Of a DNA stretch of 64,000 nt, positions 18,933 to 32,400 are shown one piece after another. The DNA comes from Psilocybe cubensis (Eukaryota). Each line of letters starts with the position of its first letter. The stretch's first letter is position 1. The notes beneath the pieces are model-generated. The model was given only the letters and a program-made list of their open reading frames with translations. It searched no databases and had not been told where the DNA came from. The position numbers and the translations under genes were made by a program. Location: assembly GCA_017499595.2 (NCBI GenBank), contig JAFIQS020000017.1, positions 1 through 64,000 of the forward strand, in the 5' to 3' direction.

Positions 18933-21900
18933 ATGTCTTCCACTTACTCTGCTGCCTTCTCTCGTGCCATGTCCCCCACCCTGGACGCACTCACCCAGGC
19001 TGTCGTCAACAACACAGTTTTTGGCGTCAACGACGAAGCTGGCCGCCACAACGCCCTCATCGACGAGTTGGCCACTGTCGTCATCAAGAAAATAGCTGAG
19101 TGCCGCTCCATTGACCAGATTGTAGACTGCGTCTTTTTTGACTATCGTGCTGCCCTTAGGGAGTTTCTCCTCAACCTCGCATCGTGGTGCGATAAGAGGG
19201 AAACAGTCAAGGCTAGCCTCGAGCGCCTTGAACTTGCCGTTAGCGCAGGCAACACCCCCAATCGCCTTCGGGTGAAGGCTCCCGAGTTCCAACTTACGAA
19301 GGAATTCGCGGATGCCGGGTCAGCGGAAGCTCTTCGAGTTTCCTCTACGTTCTCCACCGCTCGTGATGTCTTCCAAAAGGCAATCAACGACGGCGCCATT
19401 CAGGCGAAAAAGGACGAACTGGCCTTTTGGGATGATAAATGCGCACTCAATAACTGTTATGAAGCTGCTGCCCTCATCGTTAAGACAACTTACGATGATC
19501 GCAAATCCAGCTATAAGCTCCCCGTTTTCTCTACAGACAACAAGGGAGTTCGTCGAATAACAGATTGGGTAGTGTCACCGCAGAAGAAGGCTGAATGCAG
19601 CGCATTGCAAACCATTTTGCCAGCCATCTTCTCTCATATCAAACAGATTGTCAACTTGCGCCACCGCGCTTTGGCAATCAAGATTGAGAAAAAGCGGTCG
19701 ACTGCGGCAACAGCCGATGTCGAGATGGCCGATGCGACCAAACCAGGTCCATCGATTCAATCCCTTATTGATAAGGGCTTGAATGCACGTCTCAAGAAGC
19801 TCAACCTTGGATCTGTGGGCAAGAAGGCAAGTTCTCGTAACCCTTCACCCATAATTCTGGATACTAATTACTATTCTAATTACCCAGACTTTGTCTGGCC
19901 AGAATTCGTCCAAGGCTCCTCAACCTCAGGCCAAGAAAGCTGGCCCTTCGAAATTCAAACCCTCGTCGACGCCTTCGCAGAAGAAGCCCCAAACCAAGGC
20001 TTCCAACAAGGTCGACAACAAGAAGAAAGGGAAGGGGAGAGCTCCCGTCAAGAACGATCCAAAGGGAAAGGGAAAGGCAAGAGCCTAGACGCGCGGTCTA
20101 ATGTAGTACCTTTTACGTCGGTAAGACCCGCCTTCCCCAACTCTATTCCTGACGATATACTCACCATGACTAAAACAGACGCAGTTTCTTTTGTACACTT
20201 ACATACGCCGATCTCATTCTTGTTGGCTGGCCAGTATCGTAGTAGTGTACACTGTAGTCCTGGTGTGGTGGTCCCTGTAGATATAGCAAATGATTTGTCA
20301 CTCGGACTCAATTATATGTTTTTTACTCTGCCTTCTCAAAGTCTGATCATGCAAGCATGGAATGATTTTCAACGAAGAATAAGATGGCGTATCTATTTTT
20401 TGTTTAAGGAAGGCATGAACAAACCTTTTGATCCAGATTACGGAGTAAGCTCAAAAAAGAAAGAGAAACCTCCAGTATTACCGCAATACATGGAACTTGG
20501 CCTTTCGATGGGACGTCGGTACGTGCAACGCACGATCGCAAGTATCCCGGAAGAAGCCCTTACGGAGATGCGAAAGCACGCGTTCTCTCCTAAAAGGGAC
20601 AAGATCCGTAAGTTTCTTATCGATAACAACTATGTTATTACGATGACAGATAAGAATCTTGGCCTCGCGGTGTCTGAACGCGACTGGATATTAAGGAATG
20701 AGCTCAATCTTCTTGAAGATGAACGTAACTATGAAGAGTTAGAATTCGAAGTTGCGCAAGAAGTAATGAAGAGCAAAATGATCCAGATGCAAACTCTTGC
20801 ACGTACCGTCGAAGATGAACATCTGTTTCTATTTGAACTTGGGTTGTCTCGATTCTTTCTATCGAATGTACCGGAAGACGGATCATCGTTCAAGTATCCT
20901 CAATTTCATGGTATACCTAAAATCCACAAAAAACCTACTGGATTTAGACCCATAATTCCGTGTCACTCTGTAGTATTTAATCCTGCAGCCAAGTTTGTAT
21001 CAAAAGAGCTTAAGCCGATTATTAAATCGACTCCTTCAATCATTCACGGAACGAAGGATCTCTTTACGAGATTAAGCCAATTGCGTATAGACCCCAAACG
21101 ACAATGGTATTTTGTCACCGGGGATGTAGTTGCTTTCTATCCCAATATTCCGTTGGACTTGTGCATCGAAATCGTTTGTAATATGTACGAGGAATGGTTA
21201 CTCAACGCTTCGGAAGAAAACACTGCATTAGCCCATATTAATCCAAATTCGTTAGAGAATAACTTGGTTAAATTGGGCATCTTTAAACGTGCTATCGAGA
21301 TTGGCAATACGCAATTGATAACACAACATGGGTCTAGATATTTTAGACAAAAAAATGGCCTCGCAATGGGCGTCGCGGATTCTCCGGACCTTGCTAACCT
21401 CTTTGGAGCCCATTTTGAAATAAAGTCAAAAATCTTAGACCACCCAAACGTGGCCTTCTATGGAAGGTACATCGACGATTGTTTCGCAATTGTTTACGCC
21501 GAGTCCGAAGCACTTGCACTTAATCTTATTAAAGAAACAATAAAGTTCGATGGTTGTGTTATCGAATGGGCTGTTTCCTCGTCGGGATGTCAATTTCTCG
21601 ATGCTTTCATATTCAAGGAGTCTGGAAAACTTCATTGGAAGCCATTTGTCAAGACAGGAAACAACCGAGAACGAGTTCCATGGGTATCACATCATCCTTT
21701 GGACGTCAAACGTGGCGTCTACATTGGAGAGTTATCCAGGTTAGCCGTGCTATGTAGTACCAAGGAAATCTACATCGGAGCAATTAGAGACCTTAACGCT
21801 CTCTATTTGATGCGCGGTTATCCCGAAAACCTAGTCATGTCTTGGTGTAAGAAGAATATACAAGAACGTTGGGAAAAGCGATTCGCTTTACGAGTCGCAG

Positions 21901-22463
21901 AGCACGACGAATCCATTCTTGTACTTAAAACCAGATTTGATCAGGTATGGAATTGGTTTTCAGCTGCTGAACTTGGAAAAACTGTTACCGAGTACTGGTC
22001 GGCATGGTATGAACATGCCGAGAAAGGTTTGTATAGTGCAGACTCGTCCAGACCCCTTATCAAACCAGATCCAAATTACGTTCACGACCTCGATGATGTT
22101 CGCCCGGAGCTGTTCACACAGATCCTCGTGGACGGAGAAACTGAGTTCGTACCGGATTTGAGGAAGATAGGACTACTCGGAAGTCGTTGGATAGTATCGC
22201 GAAAACGCAATACTAATCTTTTCGACCTTACAAATGTGTGGAAGAAAACAGTCTTTCGTAAACTGGATGAAGACATCGCTGAAAAAGGTGGTGTTGTTCC
22301 CGAAACTCAAAACGTTAATGAAACTTATCATTCTGCTTTAGTTGAAGCTGCTGAACAGATAAGTATCGAAAGTGATAACGAGATAATACTTCATAGACGT
22401 TCAATCTCACAAGAGAGGGAACATCCAGAATTCGGCAGAATATCCAAATCTTACAACCGATGA
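18933..22463 (+). CDS. Penelope-like ORF1-RT, 1176 aa, subfamily A (copy 4)
   Basis: Intact ORF with RT motifs. Confidence 0.93.
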   Translation: MSSTYSAAFSRAMSPTLDALTQAVVNNTVFGVNDEAGRHNALIDELATVVIKKIAECRSIDQIVDCVFFDYRAALREFLLNLASWCDKRETVKASLERLELAVSAGNTPNRLRVKAPEFQLTKEFADAGSAEALRVSSTFSTARDVFQKAINDGAIQAKKDELAFWDDKCALNNCYEAAALIVKTTYDDRKSSYKLPVFSTDNKGVRRITDWVVSPQKKAECSALQTILPAIFSHIKQIVNLRHRALAIKIEKKRSTAATADVEMADATKPGPSIQSLIDKGLNARLKKLNLGSVGKKASSRNPSPIILDTNYYSNYPDFVWPEFVQGSSTSGQESWPFEIQTLVDAFAEEAPNQGFQQGRQQEEREGESSRQERSKGKGKGKSLDARSNVVPFTSVRPAFPNSIPDDILTMTKTDAVSFVHLHTPISFLLAGQYRSSVHCSPGVVVPVDIANDLSLGLNYMFFTLPSQSLIMQAWNDFQRRIRWRIYFLFKEGMNKPFDPDYGVSSKKKEKPPVLPQYMELGLSMGRRYVQRTIASIPEEALTEMRKHAFSPKRDKIRKFLIDNNYVITMTDKNLGLAVSERDWILRNELNLLEDERNYEELEFEVAQEVMKSKMIQMQTLARTVEDEHLFLFELGLSRFFLSNVPEDGSSFKYPQFHGIPKIHKKPTGFRPIIPCHSVVFNPAAKFVSKELKPIIKSTPSIIHGTKDLFTRLSQLRIDPKRQWYFVTGDVVAFYPNIPLDLCIEIVCNMYEEWLLNASEENTALAHINPNSLENNLVKLGIFKRAIEIGNTQLITQHGSRYFRQKNGLAMGVADSPDLANLFGAHFEIKSKILDHPNVAFYGRYIDDCFAIVYAESEALALNLIKETIKFDGCVIEWAVSSSGCQFLDAFIFKESGKLHWKPFVKTGNNRERVPWVSHHPLDVKRGVYIGELSRLAVLCSTKEIYIGAIRDLNALYLMRGYPENLVMSWCKKNIQERWEKRFALRVAEHDESILVLKTRFDQVWNWFSAAELGKTVTEYWSAWYEHAEKGLYSADSSRPLIKPDPNYVHDLDDVRPELFTQILVDGETEFVPDLRKIGLLGSRWIVSRKRNTNLFDLTNVWKKTVFRKLDEDIAEKGGVVPETQNVNETYHSALVEAAEQISIESDNEIILHRRSISQEREHPEFGRISKSYNR

Positions 22464-23166
22464 AAAGAATACTAGCGCGTAAGGCGTAAAGCATTAGAAA
22501 AAAACCCTAACCGTAAGTATTCCTTGCTACAAAGTAACAAACATCTACTTACAAGCAACACATTGGATTAAATAGCTAAACCTAAACCTAAACCCTAAAC
22601 CCTAAACCCTAAGCCCTAACCTAACCCCAACCCTAAGCTAACTAAGTCTAACCTTAGTAGGAAGTAAGGTAGGCGTGTGAACTTCCGAACGGCATGTGAT
22701 TGTGAAGGGCCGGATCTAATTTAGTACATGGGAAAAGTTACTTAGTACCTCGGGAAAAGTTCCTTAGTACCGTGGAAACATTTTTGATGGACCGGATCAT
22801 GAACTGTCCAATTAAGATTCACAACAATCAATCAATTGATTGTTAGGTAAGGACCCAGGTAAGCTATTTATACTCTTGACATGAGAATATTCCCATGTCA
22901 CGGTTACTCGGAGCCACGTAACCAGAGTATTTTATATCCATGTGATTCACATCACAGTCAATAACCCACGATGTCAAAGAACAAAAGTGTTGGATCCACT
23001 TTTGACAGGTTACCATGTGCCACATCGACCCGTGACACTCTGTTCATCAGAGATCTGTCTAACTTGACAATAAACATTGACAGATTTGTGATAGTCGGTA
23101 AGATACATGACAGCTGCGCAGCATCACTTCACGCGCTGTCATCGGATGTTCCAGAACATTCCTTCT

Positions 23167-23242
23167 AAGAATAGCCACTGAAGAGTCTATAAAGACGAAA
23201 GGGCTGGCTGCTGATAACAATCAACAGCCCTCTGGCCTTCTT
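23167..23242 (+). ncRNA. Hammerhead ribozyme, intact (variant A)
   Basis: Same motif. Confidence 0.9.
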
Positions 23243-23307
23243 TCCATTTAACTCACAGTTTAAACAAGTCGCTCGCACCTCGCTTCGCTCGGTGCTCGCT
23301 CCCCCCC

Positions 23308-23412
23308 TAAACCCTAAACCCTAAACCCTAAACCCTAAACCCTAAACCCTAAACCCTAAACCCTAAACCCTAAACCCTAAACCCTAAACCCTAAACCCTA
23401 AACCCTAAACCC
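23308..23412. repeat. Interstitial telomeric tract, 15 x TAAACCC
   Basis: Pure heptamer run between two element units. Shorter tracts at ~5474-5506, 6205-6238, 6939-6979, 12292-12325, 13026-13053, 17438-17477, 18178-18198, 22577-22609, 27787-27819, 33126-33158. Confidence 0.95.
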
Positions 23413-23961
23413 TAACCTAACCCCAACCCTAAGCTAACTAAGTCTAACCTTAGTAGGAAGTAAGGTAGGCGTGTGAACTTCCGAACGGCATGTGATTGTG
23501 AAGGGCCGGATCTAATTTAGTACATGGGAAAAGTTACTTAGTACCTCGGGAAAAGTTCCTTAGTACCGTGGAAACATTTTTGATGGACCGGATCATGAAC
23601 TGTCCAATTAAGATTCACAACAATCAATCAATTGATTGTTAGGTAAGGACCCAGGTAAGCTATTTATACTCTAGACATGTGAATATTCCCATGTCGCGGT
23701 TACTCGGAGCCACGTAACCAGAGTACTCTATATCCATGTGATTCACATCACAGTCAATAACCCACGATGTCAAAGAACAAAAGTGTTGGATCCACTTTTG
23801 ACAGGTTACCATGTGCCACATTGACCCGTGACACTCTGTTCATCAGAGACCTGTCTAACTTGACAATAAACATTGACAGATTTGTGATAGTCGGTAAGAT
23901 ACATGACAGCTGCGCAGCATCACTTCACGCGCTGTCATCGGATGTCTAGAACATTCCTTCT

Positions 23962-24036
23962 AAGAATAGCCACTGAAGAGTCTATAAAGACGAAAGGGCT
24001 GGTTGTTGGGATCCCCCAACAGCCCTCTGGCTTCTT
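23962..24036 (+). ncRNA. Hammerhead ribozyme, intact (variant B, 1-nt deletion in the stem I internal loop)
   Basis: Core intact; 3' strand reads TGGCTTCTT instead of TGGCCTTCTT. Confidence 0.88.
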
Positions 24037-24138
24037 TCCATTTTAACTCCCAGTTTAAACTAGTCGCTCGCACCTCGCTTCGCTCGGTGCTCGCTCCCCC
24101 CCTAAACCCAACGACTTTGCTATCACCCATCAGCCACT

Positions 24139-27100
24139 ATGTCATCCCAATATTCTGCTGCTTTCTCTCGTGCCATGTCCCCCACCCTGGACGCACTCAC
24201 CCAGGCCGTCGTCAACAACACCGTCTTCGGCGTCAACGATGAAGCAGGCCGCCATAACGCTCTGATCGACGAGCTGGCCACTGTGGTCATCAAAAAAATA
24301 GCTGAGTGCCGCTCCGTTGACCAAGTCATAGACTGCGTCTTTTTTGACTATCGTGCTGCCCTTAGGGAGTTTCTCCACAACCTCGCATCGTGGTGCGATA
24401 AGAGGGAAACAGTCAAGGCTAGCCTCGAGCGCCTTGAATCTGCCGTTAGCGCAGGCAACACGCCCAATCGCCTTAAGGTGAAGGCACCCGAGTTCCAACT
24501 TACGAAGGAATTCGCGGATGCCGGGTCAGCGGAGGCTCTTCGAGTCTCCACTACGTTCTCTTCCGCTCGTGATGCCTTCCAAAAGGCAATTAACGACGGC
24601 GCCGTTCAGGCGAAAAAGGACGAGCTGGCTTTTTGGGATGATAAATGCGGCGCTCAACTCTTGCTACGAAGCTGCTGCCCTCATCGTTAAGGCAACTTAC
24701 GATGATCGCAAATCCAGCTACAAGCTCCCTGTTTTCTCTACAGACAACAAGGGAGTTCGACGTATAGCAGAGTGGGTAGTGTCTCCGCAAAAGAAAGCCG
24801 AATGCAGTGCGCTGCAAACTATACTGCCGGCGATCTTTTCTCATATCAAACAGATTGTCAACATGCGCCACCGCGCCTTGGCAATTAAGATTGAGAAAAA
24901 GCGGACGACTGCGGCAACAGCCGATGTCGAGATGGCCGATGCGACCAAACCAGGTCCATCGATTCAATCCCTTATTGATAAGGGCTTGAATGCACGTCTC
25001 AAAAAGCTCAACCTTGGATCTGTGGGCAAGAAGGCAAGTTTTCGTAACCCTTCACCCATAATTCTGGACACTAATTATTACTCTAATTACCCAGACTTTG
25101 TCTGGCCAGAATTCGTCCAAGGCTCCTCAACCTCAGGCCAGGAAAGCTGGCCCTTCGAAACCCAAGTCGTCGTCGACGCCTTCGCAGAGGAAGCCTCAAA
25201 CCAAGGCTTCCAACAAGGTCGACAACAAGAAGAAAGGGAAGGGGAGAGCTCCCGTCAAGAACAACGATCCAAAGGGAAAGGGAAAGGCAAGAGCCTAGAC
25301 GCGCGGTCTACTGTAGCATCATTTACGTCGGTGAGACCCGCCTTCCCCAACTCTATTCCTGACGATATACTCACCATGACTAAAACAGACGCAGTTTCTT
25401 TTGTACACCTCAATACCCCGATTTCATTCTTATTGGCTGGCCAGTATAGATCTAGTGTACACTGTAGTCCTGGTGTTTCGGTCCCTGTTGATGTAGCAAA
25501 TGATTTATCTCTTGGACTCAATTATATGTTTTTTACACTGCCTTCTAAAAGTCTGATCATGCAAGCATGGAATGATTTTCAACGAAGAATAAGATGGCGT
25601 ATCTATTTTTTGTTTAAAGAAGGCATGAATAAACCTTTCGATCCAGACTATGGAGTAAGCTCTAAAAAGAAAGAGAAACCTCCAATGTTACCGCAATTTA
25701 TGGAACTTGGCCTTTCAATGGGACGTCGGTACGTTATTAAAACGATCGCAAGTATCCCGGAAGAAGCCCTTAAAGAGATGCGAAAGCACGCGTTCTCTCC
25801 TAAAAGGGACAAGATCCAAAAGTTTCTTATCGATAACAACTATGTTATTACGATGACAGATAAGAATCTTGGCCTCGCGGTGTCTGAACGCGACTGGATA
25901 TTAAGGAATGAGCTCAATCTTCTTGAAGATGAACGCAACTACGAAGAGTTAGAATTCGAAGTTGCGCAAGAAGTTATGAAGAGCAAAATGATTCAGATGC
26001 AAACTCTCGCACGTACCGTCGAAGATGAACATCTGTTTCTATTTGAACTTGGGTTGTCTCGATTCTTTCTATCGAATGTACCGGAAGACGGATCATCGTT
26101 CAAGTATCCTCAATTTCATGGTATACCTAAAATCCACAAGAAACCTACTGGATTTAGGCCCATAATTCCGTGTCACTCTGTAGTTTTTAATCCTGCAGCC
26201 AAGTTTGTATCAAAAGAGCTTAAGCCGATTATTAAATCGACTCCTTCAATCATTCACGGAACGAAGGATCTCTTTACGAGATTAAGCCAATTGCGTATAG
26301 ACCCCAAACGACAATGGTATTTTGTCACCGGGGATGTAGTCGCTTTCTATCCCAATATTCCGTTGGACTTGTGCATCGAAATCGTTTGTAGTATGTACGA
26401 GGAATGGTTACTCAACGCTTCGGAAGAAAACACTGCATTAGCCCATATTAATCCAAATTCGTTAGAGAATAACTTGGTTAAATTGGGCATCTTTAAACGT
26501 GCTATCGAGATTGGCAATACGCAATTGATAACACAACATGGGTCTAGATATTTTAGACAAAAAAATGGCCTCGCAATGGGCGTCGCGGATTCTCCGGACC
26601 TTGCTAACCTCTTTGGAGCCCATTTTGAAATAAAGTCAAAAATCTTAGACCACCCAAATGTGGCCTTCTATGGAAGGTACATCGACGATTGTTTCGCAAT
26701 TGTTTACGCCGAGTCCGAAGCACTTGCACTTAATCTTATTAAAGAAACAATAAAGTTCGATGGTTGTGTTATCGAACGGGCTGTTTCCTTGTCGGGATGT
26801 CAATTTCTCGATGCTTTCATATTCAAGGAGTCTGGAAAACTTCATTGGAAGCCATTTGTCAAGACAGGAAACAACCGAGAACGAGTTCCATGGGTATCAC
26901 ATCATCCTTTGGACGTCAAACGTGGCGTCTACATTGGAGAGTTATCCAGGTTAGCCGTGCTATGTAGTACCAAGGAAATCTACATTGGAGCAATTAGAGA
27001 CCTTAACGCTCTCTATTTGATGCGCGGTTATCCCGAAAACCTAGTCATGTCTTGGTGTAAGAAGAATATACAAGAACGTTGGAAAAAGCGATTCGCTTTA

Positions 27101-27673
27101 CGAGTCGCAGAGCACGACGAATCCATTCTTGTACTTAAAACCAGGTTTGATCAGGTATGGAATTGGTTTTCAGCTGCTGAACTTGGAAAAACTGTTACCA
27201 AGTACTGGTCGGCATGGTATGAACATGCCGAGAAAGGTCTGTATAGTGCAGACTCGTCCAGACCCCTTATCAAACCAGATCCAAATTACGTTCACGACCT
27301 CGATGATGTTCGCCCGGAGCTGTTCACACAGATCCTCGTGGACGGAGAAACTGAGTTCGTACCGGATTTGAGGAAGATAGGACTACTCGGAAGTCGTTGG
27401 ATAGTATCGCGAAAACGCAATACTAATCTTTTCGACCTTGCAAATGTGTGGAAGAAAACAGTCTTTCGTAAACTGGATGAAGACATTGCCGAAAAAGGTG
27501 GTGTTGTTCCCGAAACTCAAAACGTTAATGAAACTTATCATTCTGCTCTAGTTGAAGCTGCTGAGCAGATAAGTATCGAAAGTGATAACGAGATAATACT
27601 TCATAGACGTTCAATCTCACAAGAGAGGGAACATCCAGAATTCGGCAGAATATCCAAATCTTACAACCGATGA
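24139..27673 (+). pseudogene. Penelope-like ORF1-RT, subfamily B-like, same +1 frameshift near 24650 (copy 5)
   Basis: Same ATGCGGCGCTC lesion as copy 3, plus private substitutions (e.g. VIERAVSLSG for VIEWAVSSSG). Confidence 0.88.
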
Positions 27674-28440
27674 AAAGAATACTAGCGCTTAAGGCGTAAA
27701 GCATTAGAAAAAAACCCTAACCGTAAGTATTCCTTGCTACAAAGTAACAAACATCTACTTACAAGCAACACATTGGATTAAATAGCTAAACCTAAACCTA
27801 AACCCTAAACCCTAAACCCTAAGCCCTAACCTAACCCCAACCCTAAGCTAACTAAGTCTAACCTTAGTAGGAAGTAAGGTAGGCGTGTGAACTTCCGAAC
27901 GGCATGTGATTGTGAAGGGCCGGATCTAATTTAGTACATGGGAAAAGTTACTTAGTACCTCGGGAAAAGTTCCTTAGTACCGTGGAAACATTTTTGATGG
28001 ACCGGATCATGAACTGTCCAATTAAGATTCACAACAATCAATCAATTGATTGTTAGGTAAGGACCCAGGTAAGCTATTTATACTCTAGACATGTGAATAT
28101 TCCCATGTCGCGGTTACTCGGAGCCACGTAACCAGAGTACTCTATATCCATGTGATTCACATCACAGTCAATAACCCACGATGTCAAAGAACAAAAGTGT
28201 TGGATCCACTTTTGACAGGTTACCATGTGCCACATTGACCCGTGACACTCTGTTCATCAGAGACCTGTCTAACTTGACAATAAACATTGACAGATTTGTG
28301 ATAGTCGGTAAGATACATGACAGCTGCGCAGCATCACTTCACGCGCTGTCATCGGATGTCTAGAACATTCCTTCTAAGAATAGCCACTGAAGAGTCTATA
28401 AAGACGAAAGGGCTGGTTGTTGGTACCCCCCAACAGCCCT

Positions 28441-29369
28441 CAAGTACTCGTCCTCTCCCAAACTCCTGCCGCTTGTGCCTTCCCAACTCATCCGGGAGCC
28501 CTTTCGTCACTGATCTTGCCCTTGACTCGGGGACGTTTCATCGACATGTTGGCTGCCTCACGGCAAGCGGGGCCCTTTTTCTTTCACTCGCTCACGCCTT
28601 CTATGTTGGGTTACGGAGGTCATACAAACTCGTTTTAGTCTAGCTGCGGGGATATCCAGCTATGATGACTTTGTAATTCGAGGGCGCGCAGTTCTTCAAT
28701 GGGTATGGACATCAGGTGAGAGTACACTGGGGGTTGTCAGGACCAGCTCTGCTGGATACGCTCCTGGCAAGTCGGTTGCAGCCGGCGACACTACCGAATT
28801 GCTGGGACGTCCTAAAGCTTGTGGGTACCGCCGACCGCTGGAAACAGCCTAGGCACCGGTGGCGACCGGGTATGGTAACAATCCCCAAGATTCAGCGAAA
28901 GCTGGAATGGATAATCAGCAGCGAATCCGTAACGGTCACGCCGACGGAAGCGTTCAACGACTAGGTGGTAGTGGGGTCTTCGGATCTTAAGATATAGTCT
29001 TGGGAGTGGGGAAACCCACATCTGGTATCTAAACCGCGCCTCGCTGCTTACGAGGACGGCCCGAAGTCCAGAACCGCTTAAAACGCGGGTGACCCGGCCT
29101 CCCCTTAGTAAAGGGAGTTAACACAAGGATGGACAAATAGTTCGTCGCCGGAAATGAACCTGTGGCTGTAATGGCTGATGTGGCGCCCCTTGGTAAAGGG
29201 CTTAAAGGGTATTAGCCTGCCATGTCCAATGGCATGAGAGTGTCCCTTGGTAAAGGACTTAATAGGCAATAGCCTGCTCTTTTGTCATGAGCGGTATGTA
29301 GTGATCGTTTGCCTGTACGGTAGCGCCCATTGCTTGCACTGGTCCACGCCCGTAAAAAATCACGAGCCG
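28441..29369 (+). mobile_element. Group I intron IC1-like, 929 nt (copy 3), interrupting the hammerhead that starts at 28376
   Basis: Same insertion point and motifs as copies 1 and 2. Confidence 0.93.
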
Positions 29370-29481
29370 CTGGCCTTCTTTCCATTTAACTCACAGTTTA
29401 AACAAGTCGCTCGCACCTCGCTTCGCTCGGTGCTCGCTCCCCCCCTAAACCCAACGACTTTGCTATTACCCAACAGCTACC

Positions 29482-32400
29482 ATGTCTTCCACTTACTCTG
29501 CTGCCTTCTCTCGTGCCATGTCCCCCACCCTGGACGCACTCACCCAGGCTGTCGTCAACAACACAGTTTTTGGCGTCAACGACGAAGCTGGCCGCCACAA
29601 CGCCCTCATCGACGAGTTGGCCACTGTCGTCATCAAGAAAATAGCTGAGTGCCGCTCCATTGACCAGATTGTAGACTGCGTCTTTTTTGACTATCGTGCT
29701 GCCCTTAGGGAGTTTCTCCTCAACCTCGCATCGTGGTGCGATAAGAGGGAAACAGTCAAGGCTAGCCTCGAGCGCCTTGAACTTGCCGTTAGCGCAGGCA
29801 ACACCCCCAATCGCCTTCGGGTGAAGGCTCCCGAGTTCCAACTTACGAAGGAATTCGCGGATGCCGGGTCAGCGGAAGCTCTTCGAGTTTCCTCTACGTT
29901 CTCCACCGCTCGTGATGTCTTCCAAAAGGCAATCAACGACGGCGCCATTCAGGCGAAAAAGGACGAACTGGCCTTTTGGGATGATAAATGCGCACTCAAT
30001 AACTGTTATGAAGCTGCTGCCCTCATCGTTAAGACAACTTACGATGATCGCAAATCCAGCTATAAGCTCCCCGTTTTCTCTACAGACAACAAGGGAGTTC
30101 GTCGAATAACAGATTGGGTAGTGTCACCGCAGAAGAAGGCTGAATGCAGCGCATTGCAAACCATTTTGCCAGCCATCTTCTCTCATATCAAACAGATTGT
30201 CAACTTGCGCCACCGCGCTTTGGCAATCAAGATTGAGAAAAAGCGGTCGACTGCGGCAACAGCCGATGTCGAGATGGCCGATGCGACCAAACCAGGTCCA
30301 TCGATTCAATCCCTTATTGATAAGGGCTTGAATGCACGTCTCAAGAAGCTCAACCTTGGATCTGTGGGCAAGAAGGCAAGTTCTCGTAACCCTTCACCCA
30401 TAATTCTGGATACTAATTACTATTCTAATTACCCAGACTTTGTCTGGCCAGAATTCGTCCAAGGCTCCTCAACCTCAGGCCAAGAAAGCTGGCCCTTCGA
30501 AATTCAAACCCTCGTCGACGCCTTCGCAGAAGAAGCCCCAAACCAAGGCTTCCAACAAGGTCGACAACAAGAAGAAAGGGAAGGGGAGAGCTCCCGTCAA
30601 GAACGATCCAAAGGGAAAGGGAAAGGCAAGAGCCTAGACGCGCGGTCTAATGTAGTACCTTTTACGTCGGTAAGACCCGCCTTCCCCAACTCTATTCCTG
30701 ACGATATACTCACCATGACTAAAACAGACGCAGTTTCTTTTGTACACTTACATACGCCGATCTCATTCTTGTTGGCTGGCCAGTATCGTAGTAGTGTACA
30801 CTGTAGTCCTGGTGTGGTGGTCCCTGTAGATATAGCAAATGATTTGTCGCTCGGACTCAATTATATGTTTTTTACTCTGCCTTCTCAAAGTCTGATCATG
30901 CAAGCATGGAATGATTTTCAACGAAGAATAAGATGGCGTATCTATTTTTTGTTTAAGGAAGGCATGAACAAACCTTTTGATCCAGATTACGGAGTAAGCT
31001 CAAAAAAGAAAGAGAAACCTCCAGTATTACCGCAATACATGGAACTTGGCCTTTCGATGGGACGTCGGTACGTGCAACGCACGATCGCAAGTATCCCGGA
31101 AGAAGCCCTTACGGAGATGCGAAAGCACGCGTTCTCTCCTAAAAGGGACAAGATCCGTAAGTTTCTTATCGATAACAACTATGTTATTACGATGACAGAT
31201 AAGAATCTTGGCCTCGCGGTGTCTGAACGCGACTGGATATTAAGGAATGAGCTCAATCTTCTTGAAGATGAACGTAACTATGAAGAGTTAGAATTCGAAG
31301 TTGCGCAAGAAGTAATGAAGAGCAAAATGATCCAGATGCAAACTCTTGCACGTACCGTCGAAGATGAACATCTGTTTCTATTTGAACTTGGGTTGTCTCG
31401 ATTCTTTCTATCGAATGTACCGGAAGACGGATCATCGTTCAAGTATCCTCAATTTCATGGTATACCTAAAATCCACAAGAAACCTACTGGATTTAGGCCC
31501 ATAATTCCGTGTCACTCTGTAGTATTTAATCCTGCAGCCAAGTTTGTATCAAAAGAGCTTAAGCCGATTATTAAATCGACTCCTTCAATCATTCACGGAA
31601 CGAAGGATCTCTTTACGAGATTAAGCCAATTGCGTATAGACCCCAAACGACAATGGTATTTTGTCACCGGGGATGTAGTTGCTTTCTATCCCAATATTCC
31701 GTTGGACTTGTGCATCGAAATCGTTTGTAGTATGTACGAGGAATGGTTACTCAATGCTTCGGAAGAAAACACTGCATTAGCCCATATTAATCCAAATTCG
31801 TTAGAGAATAACTTGGTTAAATTGGGCATCTTTAAACGTGCTATCGAGATTGGCAATACGCAATTGATAACACAACATGGGTCTAGATATTTTAGACAAA
31901 AAAATGGCCTCGCAATGGGCGTCGCGGATTCTCCGGACCTTGCTAACCTCTTTGGAGCCCATTTTGAAATAAAGTCAAAAATCTTAGACCACCCTAATGT
32001 GGCCTTCTATGGAAGGTACATCGACGATTGTTTTGCAATTGTTTACGCCGAGTCCGAAGCACTTGCACTTAATTTAATTAAAGAAACAATAAAGTTCGAT
32101 GGTTGTGTTATCGAATGGGCTGTTTCCTCGTCGGGATGTCAATTTCTCGATGCTTTCATATTCAAGGAGTCTGGAAAACTTCATTGGAAGCCTTTTGTCA
32201 AGACAGGAAACAACCGAGAACGAGTTCCATGGGTATCACATCATCCTTTAGACGTCAAACGTGGCGTTTACATTGGAGAGTTATCCAGGTTAGCCGTGCT
32301 ATGTAGTACCAAGGAAATCTACATTGGAGCAATTAGAGACCTTAACGCTCTCTATTTGATGCGCGGTTATCCCGAAAACCTAGTCATGTCTTGGTGTAAG

